A stretch of DNA of 64,000 nucleotides from the NCBI GenBank assembly GCA_026986785.1, contig JALSNW010000025.1, positions 27,014-91,013 on the forward strand. Reading direction: 5' to 3'. A model generated the notes under the pieces. That model ran no database searches, was not told the origin of the DNA, and saw only the letters and a program-made list of their open reading frames with translations. The DNA comes from Deltaproteobacteria bacterium (GTDB lineage: Bacteria > Desulfobacterota > Dissulfuribacteria > Dissulfuribacterales > QOAL01). The translations under genes and the position numbers were made by a program. The first letter of the stretch is position 1. Each line of letters opens with the position of its first letter. Below, one piece after another: positions 38,608 to 47,978 of this stretch.

Positions 38608-39399
38608 ATGGCAGACAGAGAAAACAAGAAGGCACGCTTCATAGCTGTAGCCAATCAAAAAGGGGGGGTTGGCAAGACCACAACGGCCGTCAATCTGGCG
38701 GCAGGGCTGGCCATGCTGAAGCAGAAGGTATTGTTGGTGGATTGTGATCCCCAGGCAAATGCTACAAGTGGTCTTGGCATCAGTGTGGGAGAAAGTGATT
38801 GGCACCTCTATCATGTGCTGATAGGAGATGCGTCCCTCGAGGATGCAATTGCATCTACTGTCCAACAGAATCTTCATGCAATTCCTGCCCATCAGGATCT
38901 TGTGGGGATAGATATAGAGCTTGCAGGCATGGACGAGAGAGAGATAGTGCTGAAGGCCCTTTTCAAGACCCTTGCCGGCTATGACTATGTGATAATGGAT
39001 TGTCCCCCCTCCCTTGGCCTGATGACCATAAATGCCTTGACGGCTGCGGATTCCGTGTTGATCCCCCTACAGTGTGAATATTATGCCCTGGAGGGCCTCA
39101 GCCAGCTTGTCCAAACAATCAGGCTGGTCAAAAACAGGCTCAATCCTAGGCTTCACATAGAAGGTCTGTTACTCACTATGTATGATCACAGGACAAGGCT
39201 TGGATATCAAGTGGCAAGGGAGGTCAGGGTACATTTCAGAGACCTTGTCTATAGGACGACGGTGCCCAGAAACATCAGGTTGAGCGAGAGCCCGAGCCAC
39301 GGTAAACCCATCTTTCTCTATGACCCGAGGTCAAAGGGGGCTGAGAGCTATCTCGCCCTATCCAGGGAATTTCTTACGAGAAACCGGAGGCAGTTATGA
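38608..39399 (+). CDS. parA: chromosome partitioning ATPase ParA/Soj
   Basis: Deviant Walker A motif [12 protein letters not shown]. Confidence 0.9.
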   Translation: MADRENKKARFIAVANQKGGVGKTTTAVNLAAGLAMLKQKVLLVDCDPQANATSGLGISVGESDWHLYHVLIGDASLEDAIASTVQQNLHAIPAHQDLVGIDIELAGMDEREIVLKALFKTLAGYDYVIMDCPPSLGLMTINALTAADSVLIPLQCEYYALEGLSQLVQTIRLVKNRLNPRLHIEGLLLTMYDHRTRLGYQVAREVRVHFRDLVYRTTVPRNIRLSESPSHGKPIFLYDPRSKGAESYLALSREFLTRNRRQL

Positions 39400-40250
39400 C
39401 CCCAAAATCCGGTCTTGGCAGGGGCCTCAAGTCCCTGCTTTCAAGCCAGGACATATTCGACGCAGAGGCTCCTGGTTTTTTCCTCTGCCCAATCGAAAAG
39501 TTGAGGCCCAATCCCATGCAGCCCAGGCAGAATATCGAGGATGGCTCCCTCGACGGGCTTGCAGCATCCATCAAATCCAAGGGTGTGATCCAACCGATTG
39601 TGGTGAGTGAACAGGATGGATTTTACCAGATAATTGCAGGGGAAAGGCGCTGGAGGGCTGCACAGAAGGCTGGGCTCAAGAAGGTGCCAGTGGTGTTGAG
39701 AGAGGCCGATACCAATGAGGCCCTGGAATTGGCACTCATAGAAAATATCCAGCGAGAGGACCTGAATCCTGTGGAAGAGGCCCTTGCATACAAGAGATTT
39801 TCTGAGGACCTGGGCTTGTCCCAGGCCGAGATTGCGGCAAAGGTGGGGAAGGATCGTTCCACTGTGGCCAACATGTTGAGGCTGTTGCACCTGCCTGAGG
39901 AGATCCTCAAGGATATTGCCCAGGGAGTGATTACTACTGGTCATGCCAAGGCAATCCTTATGTTGGATGGAAGGGATCTCAAACTCAGGCTAAGAGACGA
40001 GATCGTCAAGAGGTCTCTTTCGGTGAGACAGGCAGAGGAACTGGCTAGAAGGCTCAAGAACAAGGGCAGTTTCGAAAAAGGCAGGCAGAAGGATCCAGAC
40101 ATAGAATATCTTTGCAACGAACTCAGTAGGATAGTGGGGGCAAAGGTCAATATCGTTCATGGCAAGAGGGGTGGAAAACTCGAGATCAGGTGCCGTACCA
40201 GGGGAGAGCTCCATCGCTTGATAGAGCTCTTGAAGAGACTCGAAGAATGA
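39396..40250 (+). CDS. parB: chromosome partitioning protein ParB/Spo0J
   Basis: [23 protein letters not shown], and the HTH segment [22 protein letters not shown]. Confidence 0.9.
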   Translation: MTPKSGLGRGLKSLLSSQDIFDAEAPGFFLCPIEKLRPNPMQPRQNIEDGSLDGLAASIKSKGVIQPIVVSEQDGFYQIIAGERRWRAAQKAGLKKVPVVLREADTNEALELALIENIQREDLNPVEEALAYKRFSEDLGLSQAEIAAKVGKDRSTVANMLRLLHLPEEILKDIAQGVITTGHAKAILMLDGRDLKLRLRDEIVKRSLSVRQAEELARRLKNKGSFEKGRQKDPDIEYLCNELSRIVGAKVNIVHGKRGGKLEIRCRTRGELHRLIELLKRLEE

Positions 40251-40260
40251 GGATGGGTAT

Positions 40261-41718
40261 ATGGCGACAATAGTTGTCAGGGAAGAAGATATAAAGGAGC
40301 ATGTGGCCCTATTGGTTCAACGGGCCAATAGATTCCTTCCTCTGGACGTGTACCAGGCCTTGAAGGATGCACGGCAGAGGGAACGAAATCGGGGTGCCCG
40401 GCTAATATTCGACATCCTGCTTGAAAATGCCTGCTTGGCCCAGAGATCAGCTCTGCCCATATGTCAGGATACGGGGATTGACGTTGTTTTCGTGGAGATA
40501 GGTCAGGACTGTGTGTTGGAGGCAGACCTGGTGGCTGCAATAAATCAGGGCATTGCTTTGGGCACACGTGAGGGCTATCTTAGAAACTCGGTGTGCGATC
40601 CTGTGACCAGGGAAAACACAGGAGACAACACACCAGGCGTCATCCACGTTACCACCTCTCCACGTCCAGGTTTCAAGATAGGCATACTTCCAAAGGGATG
40701 TGGCAGTGAAAACATGAGTGCCCTGAGGATGCTTCCCCCTTCTGCTGGTATGGATGGGGTCTGCGATTTTGTCTTGGAACAGGTCAAGGCAGCAGGTCCC
40801 AATCCATGTCCACCAGGTATGGTGGGTGTTGGCATTGGCGGGACCATGGAGCAGGCAGCCATTCTTTCCAAGAAAGCGCTCCTAAGGCCTATAGGTAGCT
40901 ATAATGCCAGATCCGATCTGGCCGAATTGGAGAAAAGGTTCCTATCCGAGATAAATGGCCTTGGAATAGGCCCCCAGGGCCTTGGAGGGGATATTACCAC
41001 TCTGTTTGCAGCAGTTGAGGCATTTCCATGCCATATCGCCAGTCTTCCCGTGGCAGTAAATATCCAGTGTCATGCAGCCAGGCGTGCACAGGTCCACTTC
41101 ACAGGTGAAAAATGGGAGTTCATAGAGGCTGTTCACGAGGCAGGGGAGGTATCTGGCGCGCTTTCCTCTTTGTTGAGTCTTGCAAAGCCGTTGGAACTAC
41201 CCCTTTCGAGGCAGGCCATTTCTGAACTCAGGGCAGGGGACTGGGTCAAGCTTTCCGGCAAGATGTTTACAGGCAGGGATCAGACACATAGGCGTCTTTG
41301 TATGCTCCTGGATCAGGCTAAGCCCTTGCCTCTGGATCTTGCCAACCAGTTCATCTATTATGTGGGGCCATCACCAGCACCGCCTGGTAAGGTCATTGGT
41401 GCGGCAGGACCAACTACCAGTTACAGGATGGATGCCTATACGCCAAGGATTCTTTCCCAGGGCGTGCTCGGCCTCATGGGGAAGGGAAAGAGATCTGCCG
41501 AGGTGGTCGAGGCCATCAAGAGGCATGGCGCTGTCTATATGGCGACCATTGGAGGGGCGGGGGCGTTTCTCTCAGGCTGTATCAAGGCCTGCCGCCTGGT
41601 GGCCTTCGAAGATCTGGGGCCAGAGGCCCTCTTCGAACTCGAAGTCCAAGATTTTCCAGCCATTGTCATAAATGATCCTGAGGGAAACGACTATTACAAT
41701 ATGCTGCGCCCGGGATGA
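40261..41718 (+). CDS. class I (Fe-S) fumarate/tartrate hydratase, fused alpha-beta
   Basis: 485 aa. The N-terminal half has the PICQDTG motif. The C-terminal half resembles the beta subunit (GKMFTGRDQTHRR...GGAGA). Confidence 0.85.
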   Translation: MATIVVREEDIKEHVALLVQRANRFLPLDVYQALKDARQRERNRGARLIFDILLENACLAQRSALPICQDTGIDVVFVEIGQDCVLEADLVAAINQGIALGTREGYLRNSVCDPVTRENTGDNTPGVIHVTTSPRPGFKIGILPKGCGSENMSALRMLPPSAGMDGVCDFVLEQVKAAGPNPCPPGMVGVGIGGTMEQAAILSKKALLRPIGSYNARSDLAELEKRFLSEINGLGIGPQGLGGDITTLFAAVEAFPCHIASLPVAVNIQCHAARRAQVHFTGEKWEFIEAVHEAGEVSGALSSLLSLAKPLELPLSRQAISELRAGDWVKLSGKMFTGRDQTHRRLCMLLDQAKPLPLDLANQFIYYVGPSPAPPGKVIGAAGPTTSYRMDAYTPRILSQGVLGLMGKGKRSAEVVEAIKRHGAVYMATIGGAGAFLSGCIKACRLVAFEDLGPEALFELEVQDFPAIVINDPEGNDYYNMLRPG

Positions 41719-41745
41719 CAGGTCCTTGGCCCTTGATGCAAGGTG

Positions 41746-42129
41746 TTATTTTTCCCTCACCTTGATCTTCTCCACTACCTTTCGGTAGTAGACTTGGTTG
41801 ACCTCCAGGTTGATGGGGCGCGATCTCAACATATTTGCCTTTGTCACAAGGATGTTCAGCTTGGTGACCTGTCGATAGCGTTCCCTTTCGTCCTTCAGGT
41901 CTTCCAGGAGATCAAGGGCGTTTTTGATCTCTTTCTCTGTCTGGAGTTCGGGTGGGATGAAACCGGCATTTTTCAAGATCTTATAGGCCATGCGAAGATC
42001 TTGGGGGATCATTGAGTCGTCTTCAAATACCAAGGGCTTTCCCTTTCCAGGCAGATTGTCGAATTGTCCTTCTCTTATGGCCTCCTTGATCCTCTTTTCT
42101 GCAATGTGCTCAAAGAAAAATAGGCTCAT
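41746..42129 (-). CDS. DUF1992 / DnaJC28-like domain protein
   Basis: AEKRIKEAIREGQFDNLPGKGKPL...GFIPPELQ. Confidence 0.7.
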   Translation of the reverse strand: MSLFFFEHIAEKRIKEAIREGQFDNLPGKGKPLVFEDDSMIPQDLRMAYKILKNAGFIPPELQTEKEIKNALDLLEDLKDERERYRQVTKLNILVTKANMLRSRPINLEVNQVYYRKVVEKIKVREK

Positions 42130-42239
42130 TTTTAAAGCTATCTTGTTAAAATCATTGATGATTATGCATCCAGTGCATCTGTAACCATTTTTTTAATATC
42201 ATAGATTTCAAAAAAAATCCACAGGGCATGAGAGACCAT

Positions 42240-42926
42240 TTACTTTACCTTCTCCATCTTTTCCAGGTATTTTTCAATGGCACTTATCCCCTGGTTCCCT
42301 ATGACCATGAAGACCTTGTTGCCAGGAAAGAGCCTGTCACTTCCCCTGGGGACCACGATCCTTTCACTTCTTTCATCCATGACACCTGCAAACACGCAGT
42401 CTTTGGCAAAGGCCGGGTCCTTGACCATGTCCTGTACCTTTATCCCAGTACTGGGCAAGCTCTTTGGTAGTTCAAACATGATGAGCTGGGCTTCTCCATG
42501 TTCTATCTCGGTGATGACCTTTATCTTGGGACTTTCAAGTTCGGTCAAGACCTTGTTGGTGAACATGGAGTTCATGTCACATATACTGCTTGCCCCAGCC
42601 ATATGATATGCCTGCCTGTAGGCTGGATCTCGCATCTTGACAATGATCCTGGGTACATTCATGCTATGGGCCAAGAGGGCGAAGGTTAGGTTGTCTTCAT
42701 CCTTGTAGAGGGCAGCCAGGGCTGCATCTGCCCTTTCTATCCCTGCTTCCTTGAGTACTTCGATATTTTTTGCATCTCCGTGGACAGTGACAATGCCGGT
42801 ATGGGCATAGAGTTCTTCACATTTCTCCCTGTCCCAATCTATGACAACCACGTCGTGTTTGCGGTCGAGAAGATGCCTGGATATGGTGGTGCCGGCAATA
42901 CCCCCTCCTGCGACAATTATATACAT
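42240..42926 (-). CDS. trkA: potassium uptake protein TrkA/KtrA (NAD-binding)
   Basis: MYIIVAGGGIAGTTISRHL Rossmann motif. TGATG overlap with trkH. Confidence 0.85.
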   Translation of the reverse strand: MYIIVAGGGIAGTTISRHLLDRKHDVVVIDWDREKCEELYAHTGIVTVHGDAKNIEVLKEAGIERADAALAALYKDEDNLTFALLAHSMNVPRIIVKMRDPAYRQAYHMAGASSICDMNSMFTNKVLTELESPKIKVITEIEHGEAQLIMFELPKSLPSTGIKVQDMVKDPAFAKDCVFAGVMDERSERIVVPRGSDRLFPGNKVFMVIGNQGISAIEKYLEKMEKVK

Positions 42927-44461
42927 CAGATCCTCCTTCTATATATGGCAAACAGGACGGCCAGAGGCAGTATCTCGAGCCTGCCAGCCAGCATCCCAAA
43001 GATATATGTGAGTTTTATTATCCAGCAGAGGTTGGCCATCTTATGTACTGAAAAATAAAAAGGCCCCATGTTCCCCATTGCTGATGCCATGCCAGAAAAG
43101 GCCTGCCATGGGTCGAGATCTGAAAAGAATGCAGTGATGAGTGCACCTGCTCCTATTATGAGAAGCCATGCCCACAAAAGGGCCATGATCCTTCGAATCT
43201 CTGCCGCTGGTACAATCTTTCCCGATACGACAACTGGCATGACCGCCCGTCTTGGCCTACTGATCTTCTGGATCTCGACTGAGAGCGTCTGAAACAGTAT
43301 GCCTGTCCTTAGGATCTTTATGCCCCCGGCAGTAGAACCCACGCAGCCACCTATTACCATGAGTATCATCAGTACCTGTTCGCTCATGTCTGGAAAGAAA
43401 TGGCTATTGATATCTGTAGTAAGATATCCGGTGCTGGTTATGAGGGAACTGACCTGGAAAAGGGCAATCCTGAATATATTGATCAGATGTCCAACGCCCA
43501 TGGGCTCTTCGAGATTGAATGCGGCTATGTGATCTATCACTACCAGCAGAACTGCAGTTGCCAGGACACCCCAGTACCATCTTATCTCATAATCCCTGAT
43601 CAAGGCCCCTATGTTCCCTGTGAATACCTTGTAGTGGATCAGGAAATTGGCACCACCGGCAAGCATGAACAAAACCGTAGACAGTTCGATCAACCAGGCT
43701 GTCGAGACCCCTTGCCCTTGCCACCAGGCAAGACTTGCATCATGGGTAGAGAAGCCCCCAGTGGATATACATGTAAAGCAATGGTTGATGGCATCGAATC
43801 CACTCATCCCTGCTGCCCAGAAGATGAGGCATGATGCAATGGTAAAACCGGTATAGATGGTCCAGAGTATGACAAGGGTGTGGAATATCCCAGGAACTGG
43901 CCTTGATATATCTATCTTGTGGCCTTCTGCACTGAAAAGGACTGCTGCTGTACTCCCACTCCTGAAACTTACTGCCATGAAGAAGGAGAGTATGCCCAGC
44001 CCTCCGAGCCACTGGGTGAAAGAGCGCCAGAACAAGATGCTCTTTGGCATTTGATCCAGCCCTTCGAATACCGTAATCCCGGTGGTGGTAAAGCCACTGA
44101 CCGATTCGAAAAATGCGTCAATGAAGGATTTGTGTAGGCCAATCATGTATGGGAATCCACCTATGATACCAGCGAGGATCCAGCCCAGGGCCGTTATTAT
44201 CATGGCTCCGCGCACGGATGGGGCCCTAAAGGGGAAATTGAGTTGGAGGCATATACCTGAAACAATCGAAAGGGTTCCTGGTATTATAAATGTAAGCAGG
44301 GATACACTGTGGGTATCCATGTCGTACATGTATAGGGGAATTATGGGCAGGAACAGGAAAAGCCCTATCAAGGACAACAGTGCCCCAAGGTAATTGAAGA
44401 TATATAGGCGTTTCTTGATATTTAAGAGAAGTTTCATAAGATGGTTAGAGAATAATGTCAT
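42926..44461 (-). CDS. trkH: TrkH/KtrB-family potassium transporter
   Basis: Polytopic protein with the SGFTTTGITV selectivity-filter-type motif. ATG at 44461 is preferred over TTG at 44464. Confidence 0.9.
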   Translation of the reverse strand: MTLFSNHLMKLLLNIKKRLYIFNYLGALLSLIGLFLFLPIIPLYMYDMDTHSVSLLTFIIPGTLSIVSGICLQLNFPFRAPSVRGAMIITALGWILAGIIGGFPYMIGLHKSFIDAFFESVSGFTTTGITVFEGLDQMPKSILFWRSFTQWLGGLGILSFFMAVSFRSGSTAAVLFSAEGHKIDISRPVPGIFHTLVILWTIYTGFTIASCLIFWAAGMSGFDAINHCFTCISTGGFSTHDASLAWWQGQGVSTAWLIELSTVLFMLAGGANFLIHYKVFTGNIGALIRDYEIRWYWGVLATAVLLVVIDHIAAFNLEEPMGVGHLINIFRIALFQVSSLITSTGYLTTDINSHFFPDMSEQVLMILMVIGGCVGSTAGGIKILRTGILFQTLSVEIQKISRPRRAVMPVVVSGKIVPAAEIRRIMALLWAWLLIIGAGALITAFFSDLDPWQAFSGMASAMGNMGPFYFSVHKMANLCWIIKLTYIFGMLAGRLEILPLAVLFAIYRRRI

Positions 44462-44809
44462 CAAATATGGAATGGAAGAGGATTTTTGCCCCAGGGTCTT
44501 GAGGAATATCTTCGAGCAAACTGTTTACCCCCAAATTATGCAATTGGCGAGTTTGCTCAAGATTTGAGGCGCGAGGGGCAAAGACGTACTTAGGTACTTC
44601 GAGCCCCGAGCAACAAGGAAGATTGGGCAAGATCGCCAATCCCGAAGGGCTGCGAAAGAGGGCAAAAACAGCATGAATTTTGCGGCACCAAAAAAGTGAA
44701 TGTTCAGCAATAGGTTACAATGAGGTAATTACTTGATATAAAAAGAAGATCCATTTTTGCCCTCTTACGCAGTGCATAATTTGGGTTCACTGGTACAGGA
44801 GGTGGCAAT

Positions 44810-45664
44810 GTGAAAAAGGTACTGCTGGGTATTATCAGAGAGGATGGCTGTCTCCTCGTAGATTCGAAAAAGTTTTTGCTGACAAGGCTGACGAGAGATG
44901 AGGCCAAAAGGATAGGGCCAATGTCCTTGCCAGTGGAAAAACGGATGGTTGGCAGACTCCTGCTGGTCTCAGGCGATCTCTTCAAAAAGACCCTATATCA
45001 GACAGAGATCCTGGAAGAGGTCTCTTCCCTATCCGGGGCCTTGATAAAGGCCCTACTCAGAAAGGGGATAATCTCCCAGGATGATATCCTCGACAATCTG
45101 GCCAGATCCCAACATGTTGAGCCGCAAGGGGCCATGAGGCTTTGTGCCCTCGTCATAGGGCACAAGAAGATGTCTCCAGGGGCTGTCAATGAGGCAACCG
45201 GGCTTTCTGAATTCGATTTCAATGACCATTTGTCCATCATGATAGAGAAGAGGGTGAAAAGGGTATTGGTACAGAGGGTGTATAGAAGGACACTTGCAGA
45301 ATTGCCTGACGATATAAATTCCCTTGATCCCGACTTTGTGGTAAGCCTTCATTGTAATGCATTTGATACAAAGGCATCTGGTACAGAGGTACTCTATTAT
45401 CACAGATCCAAGGTGGGTGAAAAATTGGCTCAGATCCTGATTGAAAGGTTGGTTGCCCAGCTTCACTTGCCAAATCGTGGGATAAAGCCAAAGACTGCGG
45501 AAGACAGGGGGGGATATCTTCTCTGTTATACAAAGGCGCCTGTTGTGCTGGCAGAGCCCTTTTTTATTGACAATGACAGGGATCTTGAGATTGCACAATC
45601 CGATCTCGATGGTCTTGCCACTGCCTATGCCACGGCAATCCATGAGGTGGCAGGGCTGGTTTGA
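44810..45664 (+). CDS. N-acetylmuramoyl-L-alanine amidase (Amidase_3-like) with unknown ~110-aa N-terminal domain, no signal peptide seen
   Basis: VIGHKK..GAVNEATGLSEF, SLHCNAF...SGTEVLYY, PVVLAEPFFIDNDRD. GTG start after AGGAGG. Confidence 0.7.
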   Translation: MKKVLLGIIREDGCLLVDSKKFLLTRLTRDEAKRIGPMSLPVEKRMVGRLLLVSGDLFKKTLYQTEILEEVSSLSGALIKALLRKGIISQDDILDNLARSQHVEPQGAMRLCALVIGHKKMSPGAVNEATGLSEFDFNDHLSIMIEKRVKRVLVQRVYRRTLAELPDDINSLDPDFVVSLHCNAFDTKASGTEVLYYHRSKVGEKLAQILIERLVAQLHLPNRGIKPKTAEDRGGYLLCYTKAPVVLAEPFFIDNDRDLEIAQSDLDGLATAYATAIHEVAGLV

Positions 45665-45799
45665 ATCCCCGGTTCGAGGGGCCAGATTTAGTCGTGGCTG
45701 CCTCTATTGGGCAAAAGGACTATTCTTAGAGGTAGCCTTGGGATAGACGTCCATGGCGGATAATAGTTTTGGGCAAGTCTTTATCTTGAAGGAGAACAA

Positions 45800-47908
45800 A
45801 TGAGCAATATACAAGACAGGAAGGCAAGGAGTATATATGTCAGTGCTCTTGAGCCCAAGAGTGGAAAGCTCATGGTTAGCCTTGGCCTGATGGAGTTGAT
45901 AACGCGCCTGGTTAGCAAGGTGGGATTCTTCAGGCCGGTCATCAGGAGTGGGCCAAAGCCTGATAATGATCTGAGTCTCATCCTGGAAAGGTATGGCCTG
46001 GAAATAAGTTATGAGGAGGCCCACGTCTTTACTGTTGATGAAGTGCAGGCCCTTGGAGCACAGGGGAAGTTCAAGGATATAGTACAGGCCATTATCGAGA
46101 GATACAGTGAGATAAGGGACAGGTTTGAATTCATATTGTGCGAGGGCTTTGAGTCTTCTGGGATAAGTGCTGGCTTCGACGTGGATGCCAATATCAACAT
46201 AGCCAAGAATCTGGGCTCTCCCATCTTGGGTGTGCTGTCTGGGAAAAACAAACAGGAACACGAGATAACAGAGTCCTTGAAGATCATACTCGATTCCATA
46301 AGAAGTGAAGGCTGTTTCAATGTGGCTACCATAGTCAATCGAGTTGATCCTGACAGGGTTGCTTCGGTATGGAAACAGATCAATCAAGATATCGCAGGGG
46401 ATGTGCCCATCTATGTCATACCAGAGGTGGCTGAGCTTGCCTCCCCAACCATGGGAGAGATCATGGAGGGCCTGGGGTGCAGCTTCATCCACGGTGACCG
46501 TTCTGGGCTCAGCAGGGTCATCAGGCAATTCAAGATTGCGGCCATGACCCTTGACAATTATCTATCCTATCTTGAGGATGGTGATCTCATCATCACCCCT
46601 GGGGATAGGGAAGACATACTCGTAGGTACCTTGACCACACTTTTTTCCCATACTTTTCCCAACATATCAGGCATACTCCTTACAGGCGGGCTCAGGCCAG
46701 GGCCCAGGGTAACACGTCTCGTAGAGGGGATGAGAAAGGCCTCGATCCCTGTCATAGGGGCCAAGGAGGATACCTTCACCTCTGCCATGAAGGCAAGCCA
46801 AGTGCCAGCACTGATAAGTAGGGACAACCCGAAAAAGGTGGATATAGCCCTTGGTACATTTGAGTCTGCCGTAAACATCGATGAGATCAGGCAGCGCCTG
46901 GCCGTGTCCAGATCTGAGATAGTGACCCCTCTCATGTTCCAATACAGTCTGTTTGAAAGGGCCAGGCAGACGCTTAGGCATATAGTGTTGCCAGAGGGTG
47001 ATGAGGAGAGGATCCTAAAGGCAACCGAGGTCTTGAGGGCCAGGAATGTGGTGGATATAACCCTCATTGGCCACGATGACCGGGTGAGGGAAAAGGCAGC
47101 CATCCTCGGGGTGGAGCTCAATGGTGTGGAGATTATCGATCATGTCAATTCCCCACTCCTTGATGGGTTCATAGAAGAATTCTACGAACTGAGAAAATAC
47201 AAGGGCATTACCCTGGATGCTGCCAGGGATGCCATGTTGGATGAGAACTATTTTGGGGTTATGATGGTCTATAAAGGCATGGTAGATGGAATGGTCTCAG
47301 GGGCTGTTCATACGACCGCAGATGTGTTGAGACCAGCCTTTCAGATAATAAAGACCAGGCCTGGGGTCAAGATAGCTTCCAGTGTCTTTTTCATGTGTAT
47401 GCCCACAAAGGTATTGGTGTTTGGTGATTGTGCCGTGAACCCCGATCCAAATGCAGAAGAACTTGCAGCCATAGCCATCTCCTCTGCTGATACTGCGGCT
47501 ACCTTTGACATCGAACCAAGGGTGGCAATGCTCTCCTATTCCACAGGTACATCTGGCAAGGGAAAGGACGTGGAGAAAGTAAGACAGGCAGTGGAGATTG
47601 CCCATAAGTTACGTCCCGACCTCTTGATCGAGGGCCCTTTACAATATGATGCAGCAATAGACCCAGAGGTGGCCAAAAAGAAATTGCCAGGCAGCAAGGT
47701 GGCTGGTCGTGCTACAGTTTTCATCTTTCCCGATCTGAATACGGGAAACAATACCTATAAGGCCGTACAGAGGTCTTCTGGGGCCATTGCCATAGGTCCT
47801 GTAATCCAGGGGTTGAAGAAGCCCGTTAATGACCTCAGCCGTGGTTGTCTGGTGGAAGATGTTATAAACACTGTTGCCATAACCGCAGTGCAGGCAGGGC
47901 AGAAATAA
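45800..47908 (+). CDS. pta: phosphate acetyltransferase Pta (long form with N-terminal BioD-like/DRTGG region)
   Basis: 702 aa. The C-terminal PTA_PTB region is conserved (SGAVHTTADVLRPAFQIIKT...FPDLNTGNNTYKAVQR). Confidence 0.95.
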   Translation: MSNIQDRKARSIYVSALEPKSGKLMVSLGLMELITRLVSKVGFFRPVIRSGPKPDNDLSLILERYGLEISYEEAHVFTVDEVQALGAQGKFKDIVQAIIERYSEIRDRFEFILCEGFESSGISAGFDVDANINIAKNLGSPILGVLSGKNKQEHEITESLKIILDSIRSEGCFNVATIVNRVDPDRVASVWKQINQDIAGDVPIYVIPEVAELASPTMGEIMEGLGCSFIHGDRSGLSRVIRQFKIAAMTLDNYLSYLEDGDLIITPGDREDILVGTLTTLFSHTFPNISGILLTGGLRPGPRVTRLVEGMRKASIPVIGAKEDTFTSAMKASQVPALISRDNPKKVDIALGTFESAVNIDEIRQRLAVSRSEIVTPLMFQYSLFERARQTLRHIVLPEGDEERILKATEVLRARNVVDITLIGHDDRVREKAAILGVELNGVEIIDHVNSPLLDGFIEEFYELRKYKGITLDAARDAMLDENYFGVMMVYKGMVDGMVSGAVHTTADVLRPAFQIIKTRPGVKIASSVFFMCMPTKVLVFGDCAVNPDPNAEELAAIAISSADTAATFDIEPRVAMLSYSTGTSGKGKDVEKVRQAVEIAHKLRPDLLIEGPLQYDAAIDPEVAKKKLPGSKVAGRATVFIFPDLNTGNNTYKAVQRSSGAIAIGPVIQGLKKPVNDLSRGCLVEDVINTVAITAVQAGQK

Positions 47909-47978
47909 TCTCAACCAGTCAGGGAATATCCATGGAATATATTGATTGATGTTGATTAGGTAAGCATAAGGGGAAGAT

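Noticed and set aside
38355-40250. Search for parS (TGTTTCACGTGAAACA) and origin features around parAB
   Set aside because: Only isolated half-sites occur in the window (e.g. near 22234 and 29334), with no full palindrome. parAB is flanked by hflX and fumarase, not by dnaA or rsmG, so no origin call is supported.
44465-44720. Idea that the trkH leader is a c-di-AMP (ydaO-type) riboswitch
   Set aside because: I could not find the conserved blocks I remember for that class (ACGGGG/GGGGACCCA, GGGGUGAAUC, CCCGA-ACCCG-CAGCUAAC) on either strand. It is kept only as a generic structured-leader observation.
45704-46528. 274-aa ORF antisense to the 5' part of pta
   Set aside because: The Pta frame is continuous and conserved over 702 aa. 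The antisense product looks non-biological.
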